A stretch of DNA of 64,000 nt, taken from the NCBI GenBank assembly GCA_951406725.2, contig OX597816.1:112654001-112718000 (forward strand), read 5' to 3'. Position 1 is the first letter of the stretch, and each line of letters starts with the position of its first letter. The stretch comes from Octopus vulgaris. Taxonomy: Eukaryota. Both the position numbers and the translations under genes were made by a program. Shown in pieces: positions 39,048 through 53,995 of this stretch. A model generated the notes under the pieces. The model had not been told where the DNA came from and did not search any database. It saw only the letters and a program-made list of their open reading frames with translations.

Positions 39048-42000
39048 GTACAGTCAAATAAATCACTCACATATTTTATTGATAAATTATCCCAGTCTGT
39101 CTTTAAAGCGAGTTGAGCAAAATCTGACTATCTAGGCTAAGCAATGATAGATAACACTATATCCTTAATGATATTAAAAACTAAATTAAACTGTTTTATT
39201 GATAATGGTCCTGAATCCTGCATTTCATCAATAATGTGTAACACAAGCCTTCTCCGTGTTAAACAGTTTTCTCATCTATTCTTTTGAGCATTACCTTTCT
39301 CTTCTTTAACTTTAGTTTGGTAGTTCATTAAAGATTTTTACTTCATATATCTCCAGTTTTAATTCAAGTAACTGTACTTGAGATGTACACTAGCAAGAAG
39401 CTTTTAGATTCTATAATTCTATTTACTTTCTGGTAGGCTTTTAAAATTGAGAATTAGAACCTGATGTCTACATATGTAAATGCTTAATGACATTGTGTTA
39501 TTGTTGTATAATGTTTTGTTCCTCATGTTAATTTATCAGTTGATCTATATGTGTACGAGTGTATAGTTGATAATGATTTATCTAGCTGTATTATATATTA
39601 TGCTGATAGATAATATTTTCCATAGTTTATTTCAAATGTATGTAAGACAATGCAGTATATCACTCCTTCTCATGTTTATCTTGATATATCTTCTAGTTAG
39701 ATAAATTAAAAACACTGTACTCAAGCTATTTGAAATGCAACATATTGTCTTACTATTCATGTATATCATGAATACTTAATAATTTCTGTAAGTATACACT
39801 GGTATCTTTTGGGCCAACAAGCAAACTTTTAGTTTCTAGTTTGTATCATATTTCAATATACTTTTACCTTCATTAAGCCTGGAGCTTGGTTATATGGTTA
39901 AGAGATTTACTTTGCAATCACATGATTGTGAGTTCAATCCCACTGCATAATAATTAAGCATAACTTCAATCATAGCCTTGGTTGACCAATGCTGTGTGAG
40001 TAGAATTTGGCAGATGCCAGTTGTGCAAGTACTCAATGTGTATATAGCTAATAACATTTACTAGGCTTCATGGTTCAATACACAACATTTGGCTTGTAAA
40101 ACCCTTTGGAAGTCATTCTATTGATCTTATATAATTAAAGGTGATGGTTTATTGTTCAAACTCAATAATGTGGGTCTTTCAAGTCTGAATTTGAGTACTG
40201 CTAATGCTAATATGACCATTCATTTTAAATAGTCATTTGGTCATTAGCATTATTCTTCAGATAAATTAACCCATTGTAACACACATTACTAATTGAAGCT
40301 GAAGCTCAACTTTAGAACTTCAGTCAAAACCTGTTCTTATTCCTTCTGTAAAAATGTTATTTTGTGTAGAAGTTTTTGAGTTTAGTTGCTTTAAACATTT
40401 ATAGTTGTTTTATGCAATATTTTGCCTGACTAGAATAAGTTTTAATATAATGCCATAAAATACTCGAATCTCTTATGCTTGTCTTCGTTATTGTCAGTTA
40501 CTCTGTTTTCCTCTATTGGCAGTTAGATATCAAAGAAAAAGAACATTTTATGATAAAATAATATGGAGGCATTCCAAGAGAGTAGTGTCTACCAACCATC
40601 ATATTCATTCTTTATATATGTAACACATTTATATATAAAAATAGAAGTTCATGTTTACATTTTATGATAAACTGAAACTGCATGGACACATTGCAAACAC
40701 TTCTTTGATTATATTGTCTTTGTTATGTCAAAATATTTATTATATCTGAATAATGATTTTCTTTTTCAACATTATTTGTATTTCTGCTATCTTCGTCCTT
40801 AACAAATAAAGATAAACTAATTAGTTGGATTGCCAGCTTACAGTCATTAATATTTTTAAGTGTCATTATTAAGAACAAATAATTTTCATGGAAGTTATTC
40901 AAAAGAAATAATTTTCGAGTTTTATCTTTTGTCTTGATGATGTTCTTACACACACATGCGCAAACACACACAGACACACACACGCATGTATATGTATGTA
41001 CATATATATATATTGTGTGTGGGATGGTTACAGTGAATGTAAACAACGTTCTCTAAAACCATTAACCAATAAGCTTTGTTCTAACAACTTCTCTTTCTGA
41101 AATTTAATGACAGAGCAATTTGGGAAAGTATTATTTCTATTTTTCTCCAATAACTTTGAAACAATGCTATATGGAATTGTAGCTGAGATTTCATGTTTGA
41201 ACATCATATATATTTGTGTATGTGTGTGTGTGTGTATATATATATCATTATGAAACACATCTTTTCTTGTGACTGTTTTACTGTAATTTAGTTGCTAAAT
41301 GATTTTGGTTATTAACGGGTTAGCATATTTATCACAAACTTGAATTCATTACTAGTAGTGGTATAGTGATAACCTTTAAAGCTGGTATCTACATTTGGTT
41401 TTCTAAGTAGTATTAGTTATTCAATGTATTCATTATTGCATTGCCAGGTAACCCAAATGATCAGTCATACATACATACTTAAAATGTGGGTGTATGCATT
41501 TGAGTGTGTGTGTGTTTAATTTTCCAAATTAAATAGATTTGATTTTTCTGTCAACTTTTGAAAATAAAGACAAAAATATTTTTACTGGCTATACCATAAA
41601 TACAAAATACAACATTAATTAATGAATTTTTGATAAATACATAAATGAGTGCTGTCAGAAAAGAATGTTTTTTAAATTATTGTATTCAATAAATTTTGTA
41701 AAACTAATAATTTTGTTTTCCCCTTATATAACAAAGAATTCTGAGGTATGAGACTAATTCGCTGGCATATATAAAATTACAACTGAAACAAACTTCATTT
41801 GAGACTGTAATAATTTATAGTTCTTTATTCAATAGATTTCTGCTCTTCAACCTCAACTTTCCACTGTAACTACTGAAATAAAATATTAATATTTAAATTT
41901 GATTTATTAAAGGTACATTGTTTTTTTTTTTAATATTTCATTTTGATAACAGCAGCTGACTACAAAATAGAAATTTTTGATTGTTCATGTTTTATAAATT

Positions 42001-45000
42001 ATTTGTTTTAATTTAAAATATCAGTGAAATATGTGAATTTTAATTTCCAAGATATTAGTGGCAGTGATACTCCAGTTCAATGTCGGCTAATTTGCTTGGG
42101 ATATCTTGGAAAATTTAAATTATATTACTCTACCTATATTGTCTTAATCTAGTTTAAACAAATACATACTAAGTTTGGAAAACCAATACTAAATTCATGG
42201 CATATTTATATGCTGTGTACATAGTTGATTGAAAGTACTTGTTACCTTAGTTTTCTAGGGTTTGAGGAGAGCCTAGACACAATCAGTATTGCAAAAGCCC
42301 AGTTAACGATTGTTTTGCTTTAAGTTGCCTTATAACCTCCACCCCAAAAGGTTTTGATCTAACTAACAAGTAAATATTCATTCACCAACATACCACAACC
42401 ATTAAAACACTGATATAGTTAATGTTATTTAGTTCCAGTTCTGTCCCAATTAAGATGTTCCAGTTTTGACCAATCTCCATTATTCTTCCACCATAGTGTA
42501 TTTAAAACTGTATTATCGAAGGTAGAAAAATATGATTAGCAGGAAATATGGCTGCTATTTCCAGCAGGTGGAGTAACCATATGGAATCTCTCTGTAGGCT
42601 CTTGATTTTTGGAGAAACTTTGCAAGCTTGTATTCAAAACTTCAATGTCTTTGCATGTTAAACCCCCCAAAAGGTGTTTGACTTATAATTTCTTTTTTAT
42701 TAAAAATTTCTTCAAATTAATTTTAATTAATAGCTGAATATAGTAAAATAAAAAGGTTATTGATAATGCACAATTAATATGTGCTAAAGATGTACATGAA
42801 TATAATCAAGCAGTAACCATATGGACATGGCATGTTGTCCTACTGACCTCCCAAATGCTTTGCTGGATCATGGTGGGTGGCATGCTTAATCCAGATAAAT
42901 CCAAGTAAGCTTGACGAGGTGATGATGATGATGATGATAATGATAATGATAGAAATTTCCCAATATCTCTTTAGCAGACAATTTAACCTTAGTTTAATGA
43001 TTAATTAAAATTTCATTTTATTTTCATGGATAACTGTCAGGACATGTTTAAAGATGTCTTGGCATTTTCATTACTGTATGATAATGCTAAGGAAGCCTCT
43101 TGATCTCTGTCACTGTTTTGGCTGCCATCACTCTTTCTGCTGTTTAACCACAGGCCAACCCTGATCAAGCATGCCTTTAATCACAGCCATCGTAGAAGTA
43201 GCCATCCTATTGTTTTCTCTGTTAGGAACAACATTGTTCTGTATATTCTTAGATAATTAGAATTGTAAATTTAAGGAAGAATAAACTAGTTTTCTTATTG
43301 GTACAATCTCTTGTCTTTTAAATCATGGGTCTCATCAAGCACCATTTCTATAATCTTTTCTGCACAAAATAATTTATAAGCTTCTTTGAATGAATCTTTT
43401 GCTAATTGTATACAGATTACTAATTATGGTAATATGATTAATGATATCAGAAAAATTAACCAATAAGAAATCATGAGAAGTAAATTTACTGAATTTTACA
43501 ATGCAGATATAATATTGTAATAGCAGCAACTCTAACATGTGACAGATTTCTGTTCTGTGACACTAAAATAATAACAAATTCTCATCCTTTAGGATATATG
43601 TCATCAATAAACCTTTATCTATAATCTACTGTATTAAATGCAATGTGATGAGGAAGCAATCTTTGTAGTCATCTTGTCATAAAAATATGATGAAGAGTAC
43701 ATTTAATAATGTAATTATAGATGCAGTATGCCTGAGGGAAGAAAAGACCAAAAACAGGATAGCCAGGGTTGGAATGCCAATCAACCAGGGTTAACTTGTG
43801 ACAATTACAAAATAACTATATTAAATATCTGCCCAGTGTTTTGTTCTGGTTTACTTTCTTTTGGGGATTAAGTCAGTACTAATGAACCAAATATCATTAC
43901 CATTGTCACTACTGCCACTACTGCCATCATCATCACTACCATTATCATCATTGTTGTCCTTCTCCTCCTCCATTAACTGACCTCTTTTTACAGGCTGGTA
44001 TACAGCAGGTGAGATTTATTGAGACCTGATTTTTTTTTTTTTTGTTGCGTCCTTCCTTTTACCAACCCTAATTTGTTTCCAAGTAAGACACTAGTTCTCT
44101 TAGGCATTCGATTAATGATCATCTCGATGGCCATGCTTGTTTTTGCAGCTGGTGTATACAGACATTGCTCATTGTTTATGCAACATCAAGATGGCCAAAA
44201 CAATAGAAAGACAAAACCACACTTTCACACACACACACACACACACACACGAGCACCACCACCATCTTGATCATCAGTATTTATATTTTATTATTATTAT
44301 ACTGGTGTGGGTTGGATGGGTCATTGTTGATCTCCTAGATGGGTTTGTGAGTTACATTTTTGACTTGGTTTTTGTAGCTGGCTTTCCTTTCTTAACACCC
44401 AACACTTTATGGAATGTACTGGGTTTGCTTTTGTTTTGTTTTTTGTTTGCTTGGCATCAGCATGGAAGAGGTTGTCACATCGTCAACAACACTAAAAGAT
44501 CCCCACAAGCCCACATTTAAGAGTGCACTAAAGGCATTTTATCATGGAGCTAGTGTTAGAGAGGATAGGGGTGAGAGAATGATTGATAACAAGAGGTGAA
44601 TGAATGGTAAGAGTGAATGATAGGCTTTGATACCAACCTAGCCAGTGGGGTGTTTAGGTGAGCTGTATGGAGTATATGCAGATCTACTTTATGCATTTGC
44701 TTCAGGATGAACTGGAGTAATAAGGATGAAGAAGAAAGAGTGAGAGAAACAGATTGGTGCAGTGGCATCCCTAGTTACACTGGAAGCAATTTATGTTGGA
44801 CAAAAGAGATCAACTGCCATCCTTAGACATGCCAGCAGCATAGTACAGTGAAAATAAGGAGAGAGAGAGAGAGAGAGAAAGTGATTGAGAGATGAGTTAA
44901 AGGAGCTTGAGCACTAGTTGCATGAGCAATAAAGGTTTGAGTAGTAGTGACATCGATGACAGGCAGGCATCCCTCAGTTCTATCTACCAGTTCTACTCGC

Positions 45001-45137
45001 AAAGCATTGGTTAATACAAGGTTATAGTTGAGGTCTCTTTTCTACTGTGTTATGCATTAAGAACAAACCCTGAGCCATATGATTGTGAAGCAAAATTCTT
45101 AACCATGTGGCTAGGCCTTTTATTAATATTATACTCA

Positions 45138-45327
45138 TGGCACCTGTGTCGGTGGCACATAAAAAGCACCCACTACACTCACGGAGTGGTTGGCGTTAGG
45201 AAGGGCATCCAGCTGTAGAAACACTGCCAGATCTGACTGGCCTGGTGCAGCCTTCGGGCTTGCCAGACCCCAGTTGAACTGTCCAACCCATGCTAGTATG
45301 GAAAGCGGACGTTAAACGATGATGATG
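45138..45327 (+). mobile_element. Family D retro-fragment, young CpG-rich copy (probable RTE 3' UTR or RTE-dependent SINE tail)
   Basis: Best preserved copy; ends ggacgttaaacgatgatgatga. Confidence 0.88.
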
Positions 45328-46324
45328 AGTAAGGAGAAAATGTTTATTACAAGTAACTTAATGATTCATTTTGGCCAAGAGAGATAAGAAAGAAAACTTA
45401 GAAATCTAGTTTCATTGAAATGGAACTCTTAGACAATCTCCTCCAGTTACTATTCTTTCTAGTCAACTGCTGTTGATTCTTTTCTAAATTCAGTGAATAA
45501 TAACAGTACAAGATATTAGTTGTACTAATCACTTAGGAAAGTATTTAGTAACATTGAATAAATAGTTTTATTGCTTAACAGTGGAGGATACAAAGGTGAT
45601 TGTGACTAAATTTTCAAGTACTCTGTATAATTCAAGGAAGTTTCAATTGTAACAGTTATAAAAATTCTTTAAGCATAAGTCTTCTTATGTTTAGTGAGAA
45701 GTTGTCATCTTTACTAACTGGATTTAATTTCTAGTTTTTAAGAGAATGAATATTTTGATGTTGTGGAGGAGATTTTATTTTTCATTAATTTTATATTTCT
45801 TTGAAAAGTAAAAATCATACATCACATTCACATTACAATGTTTTGTTATCTGTACAATCACAAATACACATAATCACCACATAACATATTTGAACATATT
45901 ACAATACACCAACCTCAGTGCATTGAATAATCCCACCATTACATAAAGAGCACATGATTTAAAACAGATACAAAACTTAAATACATTACTACTACTATAT
46001 AATAACATTTCACTTTATCACATAACACAATCACCACAACATAATAAACTGCTATTCATAAATGAAAATAGCAAATATCAAACATTGAGCCAGCATTCAT
46101 TATAGCCACACTCATGCAAGACAAATATGAAACAACTTTTGTACAGTTGCTTGCCTTGCTATAATAGCAAGCAAATTTATCCCAAATCTCTCCCAGCTCT
46201 TTTAAATAAGGGAAGAATACATTGGATACTGTTGTCCCAGACACTCTTGAAAGAGAAGGGATCGTTATGGCTGAAATTCTTTCAATAATAGATCTACTTA
46301 ATCAGAGTTGACATAAAAGTTAAA

Positions 46325-46826
46325 CAGGAATGGCTGTGTGGTAAGTAACTTGCTTACCAACCACATGGTTCCGGGTTCAGTCCCACTGTGTGGCATCTTG
46401 GGCAAGTGTCTTCTACTGTAACCTCAGGCCGACCAAAGCCTTGCTAGTGGATTTGATAGACAGAAACTGAAAGAAGCCCGTCGTGTATATATATATATAC
46501 TAGCAGTATCGCCCGGCGTTGCTCAGGTTTGTAAGGGAAATAACTATAAAGCATTTTTAGAGAGTTATAGCCAAAAAATATCAAAAAAATGGAAAAAAAT
46601 GATGTTTGCGGTTTGTGTTTCTGATTCTCGACCCCATGTCGAATTTATCGATTTTTTTCAGAACTGGGGGAACTTTTCAAAATTTTCGCTGCGTTAGTTT
46701 TGAATTATGACATTGGGCTATGTGTGTGTCAAGTTTCATCAGAATCGGTTGAAAGCCGTGGTCAGGGTGAGGGTACAAGCAAACAGACACACAGAAACAT
46801 GCACAGACAAACTGCCGTTTATATAG

Positions 46827-46866
<40 letters not shown>

Positions 46867-47062
46867 TTGTGTGTCTGTGTTTGTCTCCCCAACATTGCTT
46901 AACAACTTATGCTGGTGCGTTTACATCCCTGTAATTTAGCGGTTAGGCAAAAGAGACCGATAGAATAAGTACTAGGCTTACAAAGAATAATTTGCTCGAC
47001 TAAAGGCGGTGCTCCAGCATGGTCACAGTCAAATGACTGAAACAAGTAAAAGAGTTAAGAGT
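46325..47062 (+). mobile_element. SINE family B, full length, interrupted by a Helitron
   Basis: Head 46325-46485 and tail about 46850-47062 match the 28102 copy. Confidence 0.92.
46500..46827 (-). mobile_element. Non-autonomous Helitron (328 bp)
   Basis: Minus strand a|TCTATATAAACGGCAG...cctgagcaacgccgggcgatactgCTAG|t. Confidence 0.88.
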
Positions 47063-48494
47063 AACTAGCGTCTGTATTACTGAGTCTTACTAATCTTGTA
47101 ATAAGTTACCTATATGGCATGGATATGTCTGCTTGAGTAAGCTGATGAGAGCTCTCAACAGCAACAGAAAATAGCACTTCCTTGTAAAACTGTTCCAGCA
47201 ATTTGGGTACTGGCACAGCTCTGTGATTAAGAAGTATGTCTCACAAACATATGATTCTAGGTTTAATCTCACTCTGTCTTACTTAAGGATCTTCTATCAC
47301 AGCCTCTCGTTGATTAATACTTTGTGAATGGAATTTCTTTGCTGTAAACTATGTGGGAACTTGTTATGTATATAAACATCTGTTTTACCATGCTGGGTTT
47401 GATGACTATTATTGAGATATTGTTTTACAGCCAGATGTTGTTCTTTGTAGCTAGTCCTTACCTATTTTTTTTCAAATAAAGGATCTACATATTCCACGTG
47501 ACTTTGAAAGCATAAAGCAAGCAGGTAATTTGATAGAACTGAGAGCAAAACTGCCTGAACACAGAAGTGTAAGCAAAAGATCAGTCACATATGCATGTTC
47601 ATATATACATATAGATACATGCATACATGCATATTTTTTTGTATGTGTGTGTGTTTGTGTGTGAATGATATAAATGTAAATAAAATCCCAGTCTCTTTGA
47701 ACAAAGTCCTTTACACTGAGTTATAGGTATACACTTGTCACTCTGAGAAATACATTAAAGCAGTGACTGATTGGTGCATTGGAAACCCGTAACCAACAGT
47801 ACTATTATTCACATATTGCAGTATAAATATATATCACAAACCATGGCATACAGTTCCTTTAATTTATACCACGACTACTGAAGTTTATATTGTCAATGAC
47901 ATAACGATTTTAGAACAGAAAATATTAAGGTATTTGATCTTTTAAATCAGGCAGGAAATAAGATGTGGCATTTTTTGTGGATATCTCCTGTGGTGATCTA
48001 ATGTAACCAAACATGAAAATGCTAAGCCACTTTTAGATCGATTTTGTTGGAGTTATAAGGTAGTTCTTTGAAAATGGAATATTAACGAATAAAAATATGT
48101 GTATATAATGAGACAAGCATGTAGCTATTATAAAAATTTTCCTGTGTCAGCAGTCAGAATAGATACATGAAAAATGACTTTAGTAATGTCAAACTGCTAA
48201 CTATGCAAATGAAGGTGAACATGCTGGAGTTTGCATTCATGACAATAAACAATGGGAAATTACCTTTCTCTTTTACTGATGTAACAGAAAGGAGAGAAAA
48301 GAAAAGGACAAAACAAAAAAGTTAAAAAAACAAAACAAGATTGATTCCTGTTGTCAAACACATGCTAATGCCTTTATTTAGTAGGATTTTCTTTTTGCAA
48401 TGCTACACTGTTTTTTTTTTTATTTTTTGTTTAGCAAAGGTTGGTAAACTCAGATCAATATATTAATGATATTATAAGCCAATGGGGACTCTAC

Positions 48495-48680
48495 TTTGTT
48501 ATTTGATCTGCTAGAAATAGCATCCAAATCTTTCACACCTTACCCTCTTTTTTTCAAAAAAAAATAAAGGTAATTTTGAATAATGTAGTCTGAGATAATT
48601 TATATCTGAAATGTTACATAATGGTCACATGCAGAATGCATTTGATCATAGGTCTGCTTGATCAGTGACATCATATGCCT
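48495..48680 (+). mobile_element. Repeat family F copy
   Basis: ctgctagaaatagcatccaaatc...tttgatcataggtctgcttgatcag. Confidence 0.65.
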
Positions 48681-48984
48681 CATAGATGTTTGGTAATATA
48701 ATCCAGTGACCTGCAACCAATCTTTCTGATAAGCAATTGAATTCACATTTAAAGCAATATATGACATTTGTAGTACAGTGGAAGTGGTCAATGATAAGGA
48801 AGGGATGCTCTATGAGTTTTACCTGAAGAGCACAGAAACATGAAAATTAAATCATAAAAAAGAAGTCTCCCTCTCTCCTTCTATATGTTTGTATGTATCC
48901 ATATATGAACCTTACAAGGTACATCGTATGTATTGTACATATGTGTTTTAGAATATATATTAATACATATGTATCAAATAGCTA

Positions 48985-49656
48985 TCATTTATTTGTTTCA
49001 TTCTATTAGACTGAGGCCATGCTGGGGCACTGCCTTGAATTTGTTGTCAAAAGAATTGACCCTAGTACATTTTTTAAAGCCTGATACGTATTCTATCAAT
49101 CTCTTGCTGAACTGCTAAGTTACAGGGACATAAACACATGACCACCAGTTCTCAAGTGGTGATGGGACACAGACACAAAGACACATACATACATACATAC
49201 ATACACACATGCACGCACGCACACACACAGACACACACATGTGCAACAGGCTTCTTTCAGTTTTTACCTACCAAATTCACTCACTAGCTTTTGGTTGGCC
49301 TGAGGCTATAGTAGAAAACACTTGCCCAATGTACCATGCTGTGAGACTAAACCCGGAACTGTTGTGGTTGGGAAGCAAGCTTCTTATCACATGGCTGCAG
49401 CATGAGCTTAACCATATAGCAGAAACGTTAGCACACCGGGCGAAATGCTTAGCGGTATTTCGTCTGCCGTTACGTTCTGAGTTCAAATTCCGCCGAGGTC
49501 GACTTTGCCTTTCATCCTTTCGGGGTCGATAAATTAAGTACCAGTTACACACAGGGGGCGATGTAATTGACTTAATCCGTTTGTCTGTCCTTGTTTGTCC
49601 CTTCTATGTTTAGCCCCTTGTGGGTAGTAAAGAAACACATATAGCCATGCCTACAC
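48985..49656 (-). mobile_element. SINE family B with a SINE C nested near its 5' end
   Basis: Tail, (CA)n linker and head to about 49390; the last head bases resume at 49638. Confidence 0.8.
49421..49637 (+). mobile_element. SINE family C, young copy
   Basis: CpG-rich match to 38647-38860; 8-bp TSD catatagc at 49413-49420 and 49638-49645. Confidence 0.92.
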
Positions 49657-50632
49657 CTATAATATGTTAGATATTTTCTGAATATCAAATATTATCTTCT
49701 GTCAGCTAACTGTTATAAGTTCCTGAATGTTTGTTTCTCAGAACAACGAACCAAATAGTTTAAATGTTTAGAAGCTGAATTTGATCGAAAACATAACATA
49801 GTAAAATATTTGCAGACTGATATATCGACTCATTTGTCATGTATCTGTTGAGCAAAACTATATATACTTTTTACAAACTGAATTATTTCAGCTGTCTTTT
49901 TCACTTACAACTTCAATCATTGCACAGGACTGTTCCTCATATTGACATCAATATATAAGAAGAGATGTTATTTTAAATTCTATAGTCGTTTAATACTTGT
50001 TTACAATAAATAAACTCCTGATCTTCCTGAAATAGTCTAATTTAGGATATTTTTGTTACGGAAGACATATTTAAATATACTGAACTTAACTTCAGTTGGT
50101 ATCTTAGCAGTCAATCTAGTTTACATTGACTCATGCATCTTCTTATCATTGATTTTATATCTCTTTATACTCCATGTAACCATTCTCTTATCAAACAGGG
50201 TTTTCTTTCTTGCCATCTGCATCCACATGTGATGTATATACACTTTTAATTTTCTACTTTGTTTGAATTTTACTTAAATGGTGTTTAAGGTACAGGCTTG
50301 AGTGTCTGGTCAAAAAGTTTGCTTCCCAGTCACTTGAGAATTGAAAAAAAAGCCTGTCACATGTATGTGTATTATGTGTGTGTGTGTGTGTGTGTGTGTG
50401 TTCACATGTGTCTTCTTGTATTCACATAACACAATAAATAAGTTGTAAATGGAATCCCTTATTTCCAGTCTTCTATGAAAGCATATCCCACCATGGAAAA
50501 ATATTACCTTAGAAACATGGAAAAGAATTACATCTAGCTTTAGTATTATTTATATAGCTATTTATTGAATTATATCACAGGTTATAGGTGTGTTATTAGA
50601 AAATTTCTAGTTTTTGTATCTTAGCATACATT

Positions 50633-50969
50633 GAGACCCCCTTCGGTCATGACTGACCATGGGATTGCACCTAGAAAGTTACCCTCCCAGGCACAAGTCC
50701 GGGCAAGATTGTTTTATGGAAGACTAGTAGTCACCCATGCATAGTGGCCTCTCCTCTCCATGCCACCAGTGTTATCCAAGGGAAAGGCAACAGCCGATAC
50801 AGCTTGGCACCTGTGACGTCGCAACTCATTTCTACAGTTGAGTGAACTGGAGCAACATGAAATAAAGTGTCTTGCTCAAGAACACAACATGCAGCTAGGT
50901 CCGAGATTCGAACTCACAACCTCATGATCGTAAGCTCAATGCTTTAACCATTGAGCCATGCCCCTTCAC
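50633..50969 (-). mobile_element. tRNA(Arg)-like SINE family E
   Basis: Minus head tggctcaatgg...cttACGatc...gttcgaatc; core shared with family A; perfect 11-bp TSD tagcatacatt. Confidence 0.9.
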
Positions 50970-51284
50970 TAGCATACATTAAAATGCTCATAAAATATTA
51001 CAACAGTGACTATTGAAATTTGTTTGTTCATTCATTATTACATCCACTTTTTCCATGCTAACACGGTTTAAGAAGAATATATATTATTGAGGCATTGTTT
51101 TACAGCTGGATACCCTTCCTGTCACTTACCCTTATCTGTTTTATATGAAAGGAAGTTTACATTCCACTCATCTTAGAAAGTGCAGAGGTACCAGGCAATC
51201 TGTTGACTAGAAAATGTTAACATGCTTAGTGCAATACAGGAAGCAAACATTCACACACACATATTTGGCACTTTGTTTGTTACG

Positions 51285-51752
51285 GCAATGAGTGTTCCAC
51301 TTGATTTGCTCAATAGAACAGCCTGCTCATGAAATTAACTCTGTTCTTTATTCAAACTGGCCAAGCCCAGCCTCACACACCTACTCTACGTTATCATTCC
51401 AAAAATAAACAATCCTATCATTGGAATCTCAAAACAATGAGATAATTCATGATTAATTCAAAACAATGTGGATAAATGAGCATTACATTTGACAGAGTAA
51501 TCTGAATGCTAAAGGATCAATGTGCTACTGGCTGAGTACTCCACACACCTGTGTGGCCTTAAGGTAGTTTTCATTGAGATTCAGCATGACACAGGGTGTG
51601 GCAAGACTGGCCCTTTGAATTACTGGTACAATTCATTTTTGCCAGCTGAAGGGACTGGAGCTAAGTGAAATAGCTTTGTTGTATGACACAACACACCACC
51701 AGGATCTCACAACCTTATGATCATGAGCCAAATGCTCTAACCACTAACCATG
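51285..51752 (-). mobile_element. Older A/E-core SINE with a third tail type, interrupted by a MITE
   Basis: tcatttttgccagctgaagggactggagc core and head at about 51630-51752. Confidence 0.65.
51335..51520. mobile_element. piggyBac-like MITE
   Basis: Begins at ttaac and ends gaatgctaaaggatcaa (decayed aaagggttaa); interrupts the SINE tail. Confidence 0.45.
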
Positions 51753-51788
<36 letters not shown>

Positions 51789-53828
51789 TGCGTGATGAGC
51801 TTTGTACAATTTCTGTCTGCCAAAGGTATTGGTCAGCATGAAATTACAGTAGAAGAAACTTAGCTAAGGTACAACCACAGTGGTGAAGTAGACTTCCTCA
51901 TCACACACATAATGTGCAGCCATACCTGCACATAAAGGATTTTAATTATAAGGGAATTTAATTGGATAGATAAAAATGAGCTACATTTACAAGAGTAAAT
52001 GCATTTGATCAATAATCAGTCTTGATATCACTTTAGAGTGAATTTTCTAATTAATATTGTAGAAATAATTTTTCATTCTACAGATATGTAAGCATTTAAC
52101 TATATTCATCATGTCTATGGAAATATTAAAAAGAATTAATTCTGATGTGATTTTAGCTCTTGACCAATAGCCTAACATATTAAACATGCAGCTATTAAAT
52201 ATAAAGCCTTAACAGAGTGTAATTTTGATCGGGAAATGTCTGTGTTTAAGACTCAATATGCTTCTGTTGTTCCATTCTTTAATCAGAAACCTAGAAACAA
52301 GATGTCACTGTGAAAATAAACTGGTTAATTAATTGATTGGTCATTAAAATTTGCAAAATTAGTTGAGCATTGCACAAAATATCTTGTGGTATTTGGTTAT
52401 ATTCCTCTACATTCTAAGTTTAATTCCACAGTTTGTCTGGTATATTAATCTGAGATAGACATCAATAAAATAAGTAACAGTCCCAATATAATCAACTAAA
52501 ACCTTTGAAAGCAGTGCCCTAGCATGGCCACAATTCAATGACTATACAAGAATAGAAGCTTATAGTTTTATTTTTATTTTTATTCCTTCCTCTTTTTTTT
52601 TTGCACAGTAGAATATATTCTGTTTTCCCTTGTATTATGCTAAATTGTATTTGCATCTCTTTTATGTATACATTTTTTTTCCTTTATAGCCCAGAGAAGC
52701 ATATCAATGAGTAATAGATTTATATCAGAAAATTAATGCACTATAGGAGATATGCCCAGACAAAGAATATTTAAAATGAATTTAAACTAAATGATCAAAG
52801 AACTAATACCTAAAGGACTTTTCAATTAAATGCACAACTATTATGAATCAAATCTGAGATAGCAGTATTGAGAAACATTATTTAAAATTCACATACAAGA
52901 TTTTGCTTACGCCAAAGAATGTATAAACTACATTGTTAAAAGCTTTTAGCCCATCAAACAAATCATATTTGTAACACACCCCTCATTAGATGACTGCTAA
53001 AATTTGTCATTATGGTAACAAAAGTGAAAACTGCTTAATTTTCTCAATTCAAATTGTAATTGATAGCCTTTTGTAAAAATCTAAATTATATAAGCATACC
53101 TAAATTTTTATATATTTCCTTAATATATAAAAGTAAAGAAATTGATTTAATTTAACTTCTTTGAAGAGAAAATGTTATTAAAGATTGCAATAACTTTTCT
53201 CACTTTTGTGCTTAAAGTGACCAGCAACTTTTATATTTTAGTTTTTGATTATATGAAGTAGATTAGTCTTATTTCATTGATATCATTTGAAATTGCTTTA
53301 TGGTAAATGACTTAAAATTTATATTGGTAATAAAGATTTTTAAGCATAAAATACAAAAGTGAATATGGACATACTATTTCAAAAATCATTTCTTTTAGAA
53401 TATATACACTCCACAAATGCTACGAAATAGCATTGTATGTAATTGTTAATGTGATTGTCTCTGTACAAGGTTTCCAAATTTATTCCAAGCACTAATTTTT
53501 ACTTGAACCTATTGATCTGCTAGAAATGTCATCTAAATCTTGTTGAAACAATGCCTAACCATCTTAGATAAGGAATACACTGGATAATGTAGTACAGGTT
53601 GCATTGTGATTTTTAAAAGAATCGAAGGAGTATAATTAGAATGCCTTTGGTCATTTGGCCTGTTATCTCAGGTCAAAATTAGAGCAAAATAATGATAGCT
53701 CTCTGTTAATTCACAACAATATGTCAAATATACACATGACTGATTAATAGCCTCAATAAGTCAACAAAGCTTCCTTAATGTCCCTTCTATGACTATTAAT
53801 TCTATCTTCAAATATTGTAATTTCTCAT

Positions 53829-53990
53829 AGGTGCAAGTATGACTGTGTAGTTAAAAAGCCACCTTGTGGTTTTGCATTCAGTCCTACTGAACAGCTCTAT
53901 TGGCAAGTGTCTTCTACTTTATATCTCCAAGGTGATCAATATCTTGTGGGTGAAATTGATTGGAAACTGTGTAGAAGCCTGTTGTATGCA
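53829..53990 (+). mobile_element. Old SINE B head
   Basis: ggcaagtgtcttctac...ggaaactgtgtagaagcc. Confidence 0.65.
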
Positions 53991-53995
53991 TGTAT

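Noticed and set aside
48818-48845. CTGAAGA-gcaca-GAAAC hammerhead-like motif
   Set aside because: No stem II, no UH cleavage site and no convincing stem I
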